NCBI RefSeq assembly: GCF_032062105.1
Contig: NW_026940018.1
Coordinates: forward strand, 124,001 to 188,000
Direction: 5' to 3'
Source: Saccostrea cucullata
Lineage: Eukaryota
Length of the DNA stretch: 64,000 nt
In this document: positions 39,418-53,974 of the stretch, piece after piece
Position numbering within the stretch: position 1 is the first letter of the stretch
How the letters are laid out: each line of letters starts with the position of its first letter
Notes under the pieces: generated by a model
The model's input: the letters and a program-made list of their open reading frames with translations, nothing else
What the model was told of the DNA's origin: nothing
The model's database searches: none
Program-made: the position numbers and the translations under genes

Positions 39418-41098
39418 CTATTGCACAAAAATGCGCTGAGCTTTCAATTTACCCCTCTGAAAGTGCAAAGTACATACATATTTTTTAACGTTTAAAAATT
39501 CTTCTTGGTAAGACCCGTTCATATAGGTCTAACTGTTAAGGTGCTTTAAAGAGTTATTCTTGTCTTATTTCTGACAAATCGATAAATTCAACATTTTTGC
39601 TTATATGTCTTATAAATTTAGATGTAAGGGACTTAAAAGATAGTGCTTTTCTTTCATCGTTTATTTTGTACCTATTTGAATAGGAAATCAAAAAATCTAA
39701 GTTTGAAATAAGGCAGTGACGATATTTTTGGAGGAACGACTTTACAAAATTTCTATTGAACAATAAATTCAATTCAATTTTTCAAACATACAATGAATTC
39801 TTAACATATGATTAAATGTAACTGAATGTAATTAATTGTAATTAAATGTAATAATGTAATTAAGATTATTAATAATTATGGAATTTCTTTTTAAATCATA
39901 CATAGCATAGTTCTTGTTAACTTTGTAAGTTCCAATTCTAGAACAAATTTGAGCCAAAATCGGCAAAAATGGTCAAAACTAATATATATTTTGGTATCAT
40001 TTTACATCATTATATGACTTCTTTAACATATGTGAAAGGAAGAAAAAAATTAAATAGCAGTACCACCCACATACCTTATTGAAAAAGAATAAGGCATCAT
40101 ATTGTCGATTTGGAAAAACATTTTTTTTTAAAATTATGTCGAATAAAAAAAAAATAAGGACATGGACCTCATCTTGCTCCTAAAATAAACTGTTCAAATA
40201 GATAATTAATACCGTCACTCATTTGTATATTCTTCCTAAATTTGGAAACTTCCTTAAATCTAAATACACTAAATATATGAAACATTTCACCTTAAAAGTA
40301 AGGCTTGTAACCGTAGATGTAGAAATTATTAAACATTCACATAAAACATTATTTCCATTTTTTAAATGGCTGGGTATAAAAACTAATGTTTACTCTTTTC
40401 AACAAAACTGATACAACTGACTTTGTAATAGTGTATCTATCTAACAATTCTTTAGCCAAAAATCCAGGATAAGCCAAAGTAACATACCACGTACACTTTA
40501 ACTTAATGCAATACAATTGTGTACAAGTATATAAAACAACAAAAAGAGAACCTTATGGTTCTAAATGATCCTCTATATAATTTTGTCAATTTTGTACCTT
40601 GACATGTATATGGATATCAGTACTGACATTTTAGAGTAATTTTCTTTTCTTTTTTATCTTTGTTTTATGTAAGTTTTGTTTCTCAAATAAAACTGACTTA
40701 ATTTTATATTCCCTAGTGGAATTCAAACTTCACAGGTGCATATCATGTGATATGACCTTTTCTTGGGTATATTTATGTTTTTACCCTTGAGCTTGGAGTT
40801 TTACTTATATTTTCAAAACTTTAAATAGGGCGTTTATATTTCCCAGGTATATTTCTTATGACAATCCCTTCTTTACGAATAATTTTGATTTTTGAAAAAC
40901 TTTACCTTTGTGCGAAGGCTTTCATTATTCAAAGACATAACCTTGTGACAAGACCTTTCTTTGGATAACAAAAACCATGACATAAGCCTAGAAGTTTAAT
41001 CTTTTTTCAAATACATTAACCGCTGCCATAACCTTCGATGGTTAGTACTAGGGCTTTCATATTTCACAGGCATATTCCTGACATCAAGAATTCCATGG

Positions 41099-42260
41099 CA
41101 GGGGCGTAGCCAGGGTACATCTGATGTGGACGCCTGGATAGGCTGGGGTTTGGGGCCGCCATAAGGCCCCCAAAGAGTCCAGGGCGAAGCACTAGTTGGG
41201 GCCCAGGGAGAGAATCCCGCGGAAGCTGGTGAATTTTCGACGATTTCGATGTGCATGTTTGACCCTTCTAAAAGCATTTTTCTAGCACTTTTTCATTAAG
41301 GTCTGTTCTTTCCTTGTACAAAATGCGGACAGTCACTCAAAAATGAGAAAAGATCTGTCCAAAAGCAAACCCACTAAAACAATTTTAGACTTTTGAAGCT
41401 CGACAAAATACGTATGGTAACATACGGTAGTTGGTTAGAGTGGTTGACTGGTGTAGACAGACCACGTAATTGACTGATAGTCAGCTAGGCTTACATTAAT
41501 ATTAAGAATTACTCTCTAAAGATTGAAAATAACAAAGACAGAGGAATTCTTTTCAACACATTTTCTTGCACATTACCTTATATGTACATTGTATACATTT
41601 TAAAATGAATGTTCATAAATATTCACAAATCTGGTATCTTAAACTTTTTGCAACAATTATAAAAACATGTAAAAATATACTACTGGTTTTAAGGAAGTGT
41701 ACAGATGTCAATACTTAAATAGGCCTTGTTATCATTTTTTACGAATTTTACCAATTTTTTGATTTTTGATGTTCATATATAAAGCTGAATTATGATTTTT
41801 GAAGTCTCGCATGAATCCGATATTAGGTTAAAATTGGGGGGGGGGGGGGGTACCGTTTCAGAAGTTAAGCATTGTGATTGGAAGTCAATTTCCATTAATA
41901 GAAATTGAAATTTTTGGCATTAAATAAAATTATCGTTTGTTTTAAGGTAACTGACTGGGGTTTTATTGTGTGACATCTACAATAGAGAAACTCTTAAGAA
42001 TGTAATTACACTTGGAAAAAAATCAGCAATATTCGATAGTAAACCAAAGTCCGAGAAAATCTTTTGATTTCAGTGAGGTGTATAATATCGTATTTTCCCC
42101 CTAGAAATGATTCTGTTGATTTTCATTTATTTTTTTATCATTAATTCTTAATATTTCTAAGTATTTTTTTTTTTTTTTAATTATTTACTAATATTTTGCA
42201 AAAATGATGGGTACGCTTTACAATTATTACGCCTGCCTCGCTCTCCTCTCATCTCTTTCT

Positions 42261-42312
<52 letters not shown>

Positions 42313-42363
42313 AAAATGATGTGGACGTTTTTGCGTACAAACGTACGCCTGGCTACGCGCCTG
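41099..42363. mobile_element. Non-autonomous TIR element nested in a Helentron-like element
   Basis: Termini caggggcgtagccagg / cctggctacgcgcctg, with catgg duplicated on both flanks (41094-41098, 42364-42368). The flanking sequence continues the ttgacc-repeat family. Confidence 0.7.
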
Positions 42364-43029
42364 CATGGGGTGCCGACAATTTTGACCCCAACTTTTACGT
42401 TCGACCAACTTTGAAAACTTGAATCTTGGCCATAACTTTTGAATGGATGGTTCCAGGTCTTTCTTTTTTTTCACATGTGCTTTCCTTGTAACAGGATTGG
42501 GTTCCATTATTTTTATCTCTTGACCTTGAGTTTGGCGTTGGACTTGTATTTAAAAAGGTTTAACCTTGGCAATGGGCATCGGTGTTTCACAAACACATCT
42601 TGTTGCCAGTCATAATAACTGTTAGATCCAGAAACATAAAGTTGTACAATTGATAAAGGTTAGAGAGTTGTGTTCATAGTAAGACGGCCTCGTTCAGTTG
42701 ATTTTTTGCTTTATGTCAACTATTATTATCAGTATTAACAGTAAACCTTATTTTGTGTATAGACACATTTTGTAGACATCAAGCCTGGAAGACAGACACA
42801 TTTTAGAATTGTTATCATGGAAATCATTGCTTGTTTGTTAATTCAAATTGTTTAAGAAAAACGGCAAAGGTTAACTCTTTGGACTAAGGATTGTGTCATT
42901 TTGTGTATGCATATTCTTGATAAGTTTTAAAATACAAATAGACTCCCTTTTTACTATGTATAATTTTTTTTTCTGCACCGTATTGATATTTCTTTATTTT
43001 GTGTTTTTATAGGAAATGAATTTTAAAAT

Positions 43030-43760
43030 CTGATATTTTAAGAATGTCAAGATGACGAACGGTTATTTATCTAATTTTTTCAAACAGAACAAATCTGTGA
43101 AGAGGTCATTAACATAGACCCATAGAAATACAGAAGTGTTATCAACAAGATGCTTATCTTGTATTCTTTGAATAAGATCAACCATATGTGTAGCACAGAC
43201 GGAATCCGCTATGATGGAACATTATACACAGCACCATACACGTTTGACAGTATCTTTATCATAAATGCTTTTGTATGATCAGAAATGTTTCAAATACACC
43301 TTCCTACCGAAGAAAGACTTAAGAAAAAAAATTTCCAGCAGCGAGGAAAAGTTGTCTACTGGATATTTCCACTGCTGTAAAGCTGCTTGGTTGGATGAAG
43401 ATCCATGCAAAAGTACGGTCTCCGGAGAGAATACAAATACTAATATGTGCCAGATATTAAAAATGTGTTTGTCTTGCAACCCGACAACCAATTGACAAAG
43501 ATGACATTTACTGGCTAACTACCTTAGTTAATGCACCAACAGATGACACTTTGCTAAATTCACAGAGTACATAAGGGAGGCATGTATAGAAGGCAGATTC
43601 GCACCCCCTTCTTGGAATCAGTTACCCAGATACAGGAACCATTTTGGGGACTAGTACAACATATTATTCGATGAAAGTTAGATTGCATTTCTTTCAGGAG
43701 AAGAGGGGAATAACAATAAAGAAATACCGCAATGAAGAATGACTACAGTGTCTGATTAAA
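43030..43760 (+). pseudogene. Fossil MULE (Mutator) transposase
   Basis: Broken frames give YDGTLYTAPYTFDSIFIINAFV (DGTF motif region), FLPKK, GYFHCCKAAW (GCxFH motif), QKYGLRREY and WN, in the expected order. Confidence 0.6.
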
Positions 43761-43946
43761 TTGTAGGATATTGCAGGATTTGCAATCTGATTCATTGTAA
43801 ACTTCCTAGTGGTCCACAATTAATTAACACTTTTTGCCACTAATTAAACATATTAAAAAAATCTAATTTTATACTGCATATATTTATTAAATATAAACAA
43901 AATACACATGAAAATGATTTATAGTGGCCTTGATAGTTGACGAGTA

Positions 43947-45396
43947 TTAATATCGAGCTGAAAGAAAAAAAACGCTAATCATATTATACTGTATTATCAT
44001 ATTGTATCATATTTAATTACATTATATTACACTATACTATATCATTATGCATAGAAATAATCAATGACACTTACCTTTCATTCCAATGCCTGTAATAAGA
44101 ATATACACGAGGATTTAGAAATATTTAATTTTTATAATAATAAATAGCTACATGTATTTCCTTTTGAATAATTTTGTCTTCTACTTAAGTTGTATTTTTT
44201 CATCTTTAAACTATTACTAAGGCTGAAAGAAAATCAACTTGTAAAATGCTTTTTCCACATAAAATGGAAAATAGCCGCACATATTTACCAAAATCTACCT
44301 GTGTTGATTACTTACCTCCCATGCCACTCATAGATCCGATACCGCCCATGGATCTCATACCGCCAATAGAACCAATACCGCCCATAGATCCCAATCCTCC
44401 CATAGATCCAATGCCGCCCATGGATCCCAATCCTCCCATAGATCCAATGCCTCCCATCAATCCTTTGCCTCCCATAGATCCAATACTGCCCATGGATCCC
44501 ATGCTGCCCATGGATCCTATAGATCCAATACCACCCATAGATCCAATGCCGCCCATGGATCCCATGGATCCCATTGATCCAATGCCACCCATGGATCCGA
44601 TACCTCCCATAGATCCAATACTACCCATGGATCCTTTGCTTCTCATAGATCCAATACTGCCCATGGATCCCATGGATCCAATGCCGCCTATAGATCCCAT
44701 GCTGCCCATGGATCCCATAGATCCAATGCCACCCATGGATCCTATGCCTCTCATAGATCCAATACTTCCCATGGATCCCATACTGCCTATGGATCCCATA
44801 GATCCAATGCCACCCATTGATTTCATATTCATTCTTCCGCCCATAGATCCTATTCCGCCCATGCTTCCCATTGAACCAATGCCGCCCATGCTTCCCATTG
44901 AACCAATGCCGCCCATGCCTCCCATTGAACCAATGCCGCCCATGCCGCCCATGGATCCAATACCTCCAATGCTGCCCATTGATCCAATACCGCCCATGCT
45001 TCCCATCATTTTACTTAGGGGCATCATGCTCGTGCTCATAGATCCAATGCCACCCATACTACCGCCCATGGAACCTATACCGCCCATGGAACCTATGCCT
45101 CCCATTGACATCAATCCACCGCCTATTCCACCTGACATCATCCCGCCGCCCATTCCACCTAGAGATAAGCAGTTAGAAAAAAATGGCAATTCAAAAATTG
45201 ATATGAAGTGGGATTTTTTTGTTAAAAGGTTATCTTTAGTCATTTCCATTTAATATTTTCAAATCATTTTTATAGCAGACATTTAATTTAAAATTTATTA
45301 AACATTTCTTTAAAGATACAAACCTGGACCATAGCTTTTTGCAGTGACCATAGATACGGCCAGCACAGCGGAAACAGCGTATAGAAGAGATGCCAT
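43947..45396 (-). CDS. Gene E: secreted Gly/Met/Ser/Ile-rich abductin-like protein, coding exons 45396-45324, 45158-44316, 44089-44075 and 43957-43947, ~313 aa
   Basis: tttcag|ATG starts MASLLYAVSAVLAVSMVTA-KSYGP-G. An 843-nt phase 1-1 exon encodes GSMGGI/GSMGSI repeats, a 15-nt microexon adds GIGMK, and the terminal exon adds ARY*. All junctions are GT-AG and in frame. A 5' non-coding exon donor lies at ~45531 and tataaaa at ~45606-45612. Confidence 0.88.
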
Positions 45397-47104
45397 CTGA
45401 AAAAGAATCAGTGAAGAACGGTATCATGGGTAGATACTCCACAAGGGTTTTTTTAACAGTGAAGAACAGCTTAAAAGATAGGCTTTCCGCAAGATTGCAA
45501 AAATGAAAGCATGGTTCTTCTATCAACTTACCTTTGGAGAAGCGGGAGACTGAATATTCCAATAGGAGAAATGAAACTCTGCAGGGATTCACTTACCATG
45601 TGAGTTTTTATAGAGATGAGATAAATAAGTTTCCTGATGTAAGGGTGTTGATTGGATAAATTTTGTGTATAACTTTGTTGTTGGACATGGTAACCTGACA
45701 GGGTAACACAAGGGTTCCTTTAGATCCCACACAGTATTTGAACAAACAAAGCCTTTTTTGCGTATCTTTTGTTAAAATCAGACATCTTCAACACATGTTA
45801 CTGTGTTTTAATAATGAAGTAAAATCAACAGAAACCCTTAGGTATGCGTCACTGCGTTTCTGAAAAATGTCGGAACAATAACCTGTGAAATTTCTAAAAA
45901 CAAACACAACTCTTTTCACATTAAGAATATAATTATATATCTTGCTTATTTTGCAGATTTTTAATTTGATTTACATGATGACTCTATATTGTACATGTAT
46001 ATTAAATCCATTCACAATTTAACAATTTAAAGGTTTATAATTTATTTTATGAATATTATTAGATTTTTAAATTTTGATCTACGTATCACTTACATCTCAT
46101 GCCAGAATATAGGGATAAGCATGATCTAGGAGACATTTAATTAAGAATATCAACATTTCCCCCATATCTAAGAGGTTAAACAACAAATAAACATTTTGGA
46201 CTGCAGAAAGAAAAAAATCCACTTTTATGGCTATGGTCGAGATGCATTACTTTTATTACCAATACAAATCAAATTGCATTTGTATTCTGAAGAATGATAC
46301 AGCTTGGTTTCTTTTTCTATTAGAATTAAAGTTAAAGAGCAATATCTCACACAAGTCTACCTACAGCATGGGGCATTCGAGAAGATAATCCTTTTTGCCA
46401 CAAAATTTCTATCTTAAATATGCTTTGCTTAAAAAAAAAAATAAGTGATTTGAAACTTATTTTACAGTGTGAAATATTTTGCTCCACGCTGGCTTTTTCT
46501 GGCCATAACACAGTTTTAATTCTTTTTTTCAAAATAAAATACTAGCATACAATGTAAACTACAGAAGGAATCAAAATAGAGTTTTGATAATAAAACCACG
46601 TAAAAATAGAAATAAAGTAGAAATCAGAAGAAAGAAGAAAGCCCTATTTAAAACGGACAAAGGACAGTCTGCAAATTGCATAAAATATAATGAGAAAAAA
46701 GTTTTACTTTTAATTTTGAATCTTTCAATAAGACAGCAAGTAAAGTAATAGTCAAATATTAAATTAATTTGCAGGATAATTTGCAGCCTTTTATTTAGAG
46801 ACAATGAACATAAATCATCATTCTATACCAAAGAATTTCCCGGGGTATGAAGAATAAGTGACATTCAAATAAAATATGCAACCTACATAACGAAAATACT
46901 AGTACCCCTCGTGGAATATTTAGACCTTTGGACATTTTACAATGAACAACTGAAAGAATCAAAATAATTTTGATAGTGAAATACAAGAAAGAAACAGGCC
47001 TCTTTTTAAAACGAACAAAGGACATTGCAGTAAATAGACGCATAAAACAATTATTTTTTTTAAGTTTTAGAAATATTTTAACTATTGTCTCCTTTATCAA
47101 GATG

Positions 47105-48935
47105 GCAAATGAAACATATCGAGATAACAAACAGTATTCAAGATCAAAAGTTCATAAAACAAAACAAAATAGAGGCAGAGCAAACAAGGACCTCCAAAAC
47201 ATCAGAGGTGGGATCAGGTGCCATTGAGGAGTGAGCATCCTGGCCCTGCCGACCGGTCACATCCGCCGTGTGCTCCTTGTCACGATCTGGAAATACCGAA
47301 AAAATCCGTCCTCAATTCAGTGAATAAATAAGGGACTAACAATAAGTATGAAAAACGTCAGTCAGCATTTGACTCAATGTTAAATTATATTTGCTGACAA
47401 GGTCATTTTATCTCATACGTGTGGATGATTTAGCCCATGAGATAAAGCTTTGCTTTATCCACGGATAGATGCTTTATCAATAGCACTTCCGGTTTTGACA
47501 CGATCCCTCGCTTCAAGATTTTATTTTTATTGAAACTTTTATTTGTGAAAATTATTGCCCTTATAAAATGAATGATAAAGAGCAATAATATCGTTAAAAG
47601 CAAGAAAAAGACTCGTATATACCAAAGAAGTGTCTTATTTTATCAAGGAACCTGTATTAGCTACTTGAAGACAGATGTTAACCCGCCACCTTAAATCGTT
47701 TTCGGAGAAAGTAAAGCCTAGCAGTTATCTTGTTGTTATTTTTTTAACATCTTCAATAATGCTTTCTTATATTTTACTATGCCTACCTAGTAATGTAGGT
47801 GAAACTTATCATGGATCAACAATGAATCTACAAGTAAGCCTAGATCTAGCCTTGCCTACCACGTTTTGTACTGCCACCGTACAAAGAGTTAATTTTTACG
47901 AACCCATAGTCCTTACAATTTACAGTCAGAAGTTCGTTTAAGGTAAATCTCCAACAATTGTTACATAATGTTTTCAAAGACGCAGATAGCAAAAATTCTA
48001 AATTTTGAACACGATCTACTTTCTTTCGAGGCATGTCAACGTCAACAGTGCTACGTCATCAAGTTATACGTCATCACTTTGAATAAGCAATCATTCATGT
48101 AGTTTCGAAGGGGTAGTCTAAAAGTTTAGTTAAAACGAAAGTCGTATGAGATAAATAGAACATCTATAATTGTGTGATTTGATATTGGCTTTATCCAACT
48201 CGTTGAAATGGTGTACATTCACTCGACAAGCCTCGCGAATATATATACCATTTCAACTCGTTGGATAAAGCCAATATCAAATCACACAATATAGATATCC
48301 TCTATGTATCGACCATAGAACTTATAAAATGATGACTTTAAACGGGACTAAATTATTGAACAAAAAAAGTTATTGAAACAAGAATATCAGCAGTCTCGTT
48401 TAAAGTCATCATTTCGTAAGTTCTATGGTCGATACAATGACCTTGTCAGAAAATACAATTCAAGTTATCATTGAGTCAAATGCTGACATTTTTCATACAA
48501 ATTGTTAGGGCACTATTTTCACACTGAATTGTCTTGTCAACAGATTTTTCCGTTATTTCCCGATCATGACGAGGATCACATGGCGTGTGTAACCGGTCGG
48601 CAGGGGATGCTCACTCCTCCATGACACCTGCTCCCATCTCTCAGTGATGTTTGGGAGGTCTTTTTTCCTCTGCTCCTATTTTTGTTTTGTTTAATGGACT
48701 TTTGAGCTTGAATACTGACGTTTTTCATACCAATTGTTAGTCCATTATTTATACACCGGATTTTTTCCGTTATTTTTTGTGTTCGGCAGGGGATGCTCAC
48801 TCCTCCATGGCACCTGATCCCACCTCTGAGGAGGTCCGTGTTTGCTCTGCTCTTATTTTGTATTATTGTTTTATGGACTTTGAGATTGAATACTGTTCGT
48901 TATCTCCATATCCTTCTTCGTTATCTCCATACATT
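47105..48935. mobile_element. Back-to-back (inverted) Penelope-like family 2 3' fragments, with local tandem duplication
   Basis: A minus copy spans ~47105-48345 and is interrupted at 47408-48305. A plus copy spans ~48370-48935, with its 3' tail repeated twice. Confidence 0.8.
47408..48305. mobile_element. 898-bp insertion without TSD, with an asymmetric inverted repeat and a terminal hairpin (Crypton-like non-autonomous element?)
   Basis: It splits the family-2 consensus caaggtcatt|gtatcgacc exactly. The IR ttatctcatacg (47408) pairs with cgtatgagataa (~48143), and a ~120-bp hairpin spans ~48169-48290. Confidence 0.6.
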
Positions 48936-50959
48936 TCATGTAATTGAAAAAGAATATTGCTTATATTGGTATATCACTGTCAGATTATTTTGAATTTTTT
49001 TATCATATATTGAAAAGCAAAAAAACTTATAATGGAGATCTTGAATGCTTATTTTTTTTTTACAAATTGTGTGCAAAATTCTAACCTGTCTACATCATAA
49101 AACCATTGTCACTATTTGATCAAAGTCAAATTTTAGTTATTAGAAGGATACGTTTATATACCCGCTTTGTATTCTTTCAAAAATCTTTAAAAAATTAAGT
49201 TTTTTTTATTTTTAATTGTATTTTTAAAAAAAGTATTTTACAGATACTCTCAAAGTGGTCATGATAACATATTGCGAAAGTATTTGACGGATTTTCACCT
49301 GCACTGTAGCAAATGATATATACGTATGGCCTAGTTAAAGTTATTTTCAAAAGATTTTGTTTTCATGCTAAGAGGTTCTGTAGATGATTTTAAAATGTTT
49401 CCATCTAGGTTCATATTTAGAAGCCACAAACTGCCAGTGAAAGGATCCCTCAAATGAAGACCTTTGCTGAATGTTGCGTTTTCTTTACAACAATTAAGAA
49501 CAAGTATTAAATTTTAAGGGAGATGTTCCTTTTTTTAAATTACAAATCTTATTTTTCAACTCATGTAATGAAATATGGAGAAAACACACAGAAATTAAGC
49601 TTAAAATTCAATTGAAACATCACGAATTGAGAACAGATCAAAGACTGGCCTCTAAAAACCATCAAAGGTGGGATTAGTTGCCATGAGAGAGTTAAAGCAT
49701 CACCTGTTGACCGCTCATACAGCCGTTTTGTCTATGTCATTATCGGGCACACGGAAAAAAAATCAGTAGACTACTGTAAAATAACGTTTTCAAAGGGTCA
49801 AAATTTCATTGTTTAAAGAAAAATATTGGTTCGTGTGGATTTAATTTCGTGGATGAAGAATTGTTACGTAATAATATCTGTCAAAAATAACATTTCATGG
49901 AGGAAATAAATTAGTTGGTCTCTTCATACCTCGAAAACCACGAAAATTCAATCCCCGTGAAAATAAGTAATTTCACAGTATCCAGTATCTAAATGATATA
50001 TGGTTATTGAACTTATATTGGTGAATATTGGCTCAAGTTGGCTGTACAAATGCACAAGCATGCAATGTCTGGATTTAGAAATTATTCGTAGGTAGATCAT
50101 GCTCTTACTCGTATGTATCGAACCATCTGGGAGATATAGGTATACCGGTGATAAGAATAAATTGCTAATCGCACATTGTTGGATTTGCGGGAGCAAAGAA
50201 AAGTACTATGATACACATCAGTGTATTTGTCTCATTTATAAAAAAAAAATTAGAAGAAAGCATATTTTGTTCAAAGCTTTAACTAATAATTGTTCTCATT
50301 TTTTTCCTGATCAGAAAAAAATGATTCTCTTGCACACTCAAGAAGCTCTTAGCACTTGTTAGTTTTTAATGTGACATTCTCTCCATGCTTTATGCTTTCT
50401 CTATTTATCAAAGTTTCAAGTATATTTAATCTTACAAGATTTGGCGATACGATCGATTTCATTCTTAAAATAATCCCGTAAATACAGATAAGACATGATA
50501 ATTTAATTTTGGTTGTAACGCTGTACATGATTGGATAAAATATTTACTTTATATCGTATAAAATGGGTTGCCTACGTCACAATGACTTGCGTCAAAAACG
50601 TATCAATCCGCCTGACGTTACATTCAAATTTTGTACAAACTGAAGTCATTTTGTTAGAACAATCATCTTTTTTTCTTACATCAAATGAATGAAAATTAAA
50701 TTATAAGCAATGAACTTAATAGCTACCCGTTTTATACGGAATATACTGGGTTGGAACAGATTACGCTTTTTAAAAACGTAAACTGCCCCAACCCAGTTTA
50801 TACCGTATAAAATGGGTAGCTATTAAATTTATTCCTTAAGTGAATTTACAAATAAAAAATATTAACTGCATAAATTATATAACTTCTTTATTTTTTATAT
50901 AGAGTAGCAAAATCACCATCATTTGAAGGACTGCGAAAGGGAATTCCTTTAGCAAATTC

Positions 50960-51781
50960 TTATCCATAATAGGCAGCTGTAACAAAATAAAAAGTAAAAT
51001 TACTTTTTATTAATGAAAATGCAACAATTCTTATGGCTGACACACTAGGTTTAGGAATACAGAAATCAAAACATTCTTCATTACAAAGAAAAAATAAAAT
51101 AATCATGGTTATCGTGAAGATTTAAGAACTTTCTTAGGAAAAAAATACTAAAACAACTCTTCTATGTAAATGTGATAATATTGTTATGGACAAAAACATA
51201 AGTGAACTTACATTTCATTCCGCCCATCATACCGCCCATGCCTCCGCCGCCCATCATACCGCTCATTCCTCCGCCGCCCATCATACCGCTCATTCCTCCG
51301 CCACCCATCATACCGCCCATCTTAACGGGCATCATCATACCCTTCATTCCTCCCATACTTCCTCCGCCCATACTTCCTCCCATTCCCATGGGCATCATCA
51401 TTCCGCCCATTCCTCCTCCCATGGAACCGGCCATCATTCCTCCGCCCATGCCACCGGCCATCATGCCTCCGCCCATTTTACCTCCTTTAAAGGTTAGCCA
51501 TTCATTATTAGCAAAAACATTTACATGTTCAAACAATAATTTGTTTCACGTATTTCATATTTTGAATGTAAGTGAATGTTGTATTTAGAGTATTCTATAG
51601 TTTTTTTCTTCTTTATTTAAAACATTTTTGTAAAAGGATTTGAAAAGTGAAAAAATGCAGCTGGAAAAAAAACCGAGTTAAATTTTATCCTTAATAATTT
51701 CATTTATTGATTACCTGGTCTGTAGTACGCTGCATTAGCGACAACAATCAGAGAAAGAACGGTCACAAAAGAGAAGGACAT
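50960..51781 (-). CDS. Gene F: secreted Gly/Met-rich abductin-like protein, coding exons 51781-51715, 51484-51212 and 50976-50960, ~118 aa
   Basis: tttcag|ATG starts MSFSFVTVLSLIVVANA-AYYRP-G. A 273-nt exon reads GKMGGGMMAGG...GGMK and the terminal exon gives SAYYG*. A 5' non-coding exon donor lies at 52263 and TATA at ~52350-52357. Confidence 0.9.
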
Positions 51782-52263
51782 CTGAAACACAAATCATTTG
51801 CGATATCTTCAAAATATACATTGCATAATTTAAGTATATTATTGTTTATCCTTTTTCACTCGCATTTAATATAATTTTAATATACTGATTTAATGATTGT
51901 GCATTTCTTGCATATTATTATATATATATATTTTTAAAAGTCATTATCTTTAAACTAGTTATGAAGTATATTGTACGACATTAATCAATGAAAAGGCAAA
52001 GATAACGAGGGCAATGATCAAACCCCACCTCCCATTAAAAAAACCTATAAACAATATAAATCTGTGAAAAGGCATGAACAAGGATTTCTGGAAATTCCAG
52101 AGGTGAGATCAGATGCCCAGGAGAAGCAAACATCCCCTGTTGATCTTCAATCTTCAACTTTATTCTGATTAATACCGAAGTAATACTAAATACAGATATT
52201 TTATATCTTAAAATGCATACGTCGGTATCTAAAACAAGAAGACCAATATGAAAATACACTTAC

Positions 52264-52540
52264 CTTGAGCAAAGGAATTAAAACGAGGACTGCGAAGGAA
52301 TTGAAGAATTGAGAGGCGGAGAACTGTCGGAACTTGAAACCAAGATGGGTTTATATAGTTAGGTATCTTGGTGTTTTTCCGGTAGGGAATTTGTCGGGTA
52401 ATCATTATGTTTGATGTATTACACGTCACACCTGACACCAAGTGTGTTAGACTTTGAAATATTATTTTTACGACATGTTACTCACCTGATTTCGTGTATG
52501 GATCATCGCACAACACACCTTAACATAATTTTATGATCAT
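52264..52540 (-). promoter_or_regulatory. Gene F non-coding exon 1 and promoter, homologous to that of gene G
   Basis: Blocks shared with 59103-59372 include tgagcaaagg, ttttccggt, cgggt.atcattatgtttg.tgtat and acacacctt.aca..attttatg. Confidence 0.7.
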
Positions 52541-53974
52541 TTGAAATGCTGTTTTATTTGTTTTTCCTTCAATTTAATGCATGTTAAATTGTTTAGTTCT
52601 AATTTGATGGTTTAACCAATCTGCATTTTCTAATTAAGCATAAGATCTAAGAATCAAAATCACGTTGCTTACATATGCCTTTTATATAAATATTGAACAG
52701 TATTAACAACTCTGAATTATCTTGGCACAGACTTTCTTCTTTAACATGGTGTATTGAGCAAAGTTTAAACAAAACTTTTCATTATGAGAAAAAAATAATT
52801 TCTTTTTTCCTTTCTGTCAATGAAGAAAAAACCAAGTTAAGATAAAATTCTTATTGAGATAATGGTTTGAATTTCGACTTACAAAGTACATGTACTTTTT
52901 GGATTTTGAATTCAACCATTTATGACCAATTTATTCCATTTTAGGGCTTTTTATCAACTTTACAAATCTCTGCTTCATAAGAAAATAAAAACAAGTTGGA
53001 TAAAAAAGGAGCGTAATAAGTGCCTGACGGATTTGTAACAGTTTAGTGGAATACCCAATCTTCGAAGTCTAAATAAATATGTTAATGGAGAACTCAGTAT
53101 CCTTTTAAGGTATTCAATGTATAATGACTGCATTTTATACCCTAATAAATGAATGGTCCGAGATTTTCAATCATGGTAGCATTTTGAAGATGTTGTGAAA
53201 TAAAAGGTGTCCCAACAAAGGAATTTACTAAAATGTTGATTATTGCCCAATTAATTGCATCTTGAATTTTACATTAAAATCTTTGGGCAGCGCATGAACT
53301 TTTAAAGCTATTGTAAAAAGAAATTTGAATTTTAAACAAATCTCTTGGTGAAAGTATGCATTAATTCTTTCGTCATGCACACTAACAACCTGAATTCTTT
53401 AATATGCATTCTTGCAGCATTTTCCTTTCAAGTTAAATACCAATGTCCATGAGATGAATATGAATGTAAATTTGAAAATATAGATAACATATTGACTGTA
53501 GTTTCAAACATTGCTTTAGCTATCTAGATGATAAGCAATACATTTACATTTCTTTCCGTCGTCCATATTAAGGCAGCAGTATTGGTAATACTTCATTTTG
53601 ATTATCTGATATAATTTGTAAAATCTTGAAAACTTCCAACCACTCTTCACGTTCTTGGTAACATCAGTAATCTCACTTTGTTATACTTACTTTAAAATAA
53701 AATAAAGATTATTCTTAGACCATCTTTAAAAAAATATTTTGTTTGGCCATTTCTGGCTAGTTTAAACGTCCCAACTCAACATTTTTTTAACACTCCAGGT
53801 AGCAGTTATTTATTTAATGCATTCTGGAAATGAAATTTTTAAAGTTCAGCATTGATTGAAAAATTCTTAAATGAAAAAAAAAGGTCATGTGCTTACTGAC
53901 CCAATTTTTTTCATCATGAATGGGGAGAGGACAAACCAAACAAACATTATTTCAAAGTTGGTTTTATTTGAAAT

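Noticed and set aside
42181-42507. Poly-Lys/poly-Phe ORFs (also 60873-61196)
   Set aside because: Translations of long poly-T tracts.
43265-43495. 76-aa Cys-containing ORF as a host gene
   Set aside because: Better explained as one frame of a decayed MULE transposase.
44246-45253. 335-aa Pro/Ile/Asp/Met ORF on the + strand (likewise 51186-51588 +, 58017-58472 +, 17299-17994 -, 28532-28924 -)
   Set aside because: These are antisense shadows of the repetitive Met-rich exons. Signal-peptide exons, splice sites and TATA boxes all support the opposite strand.
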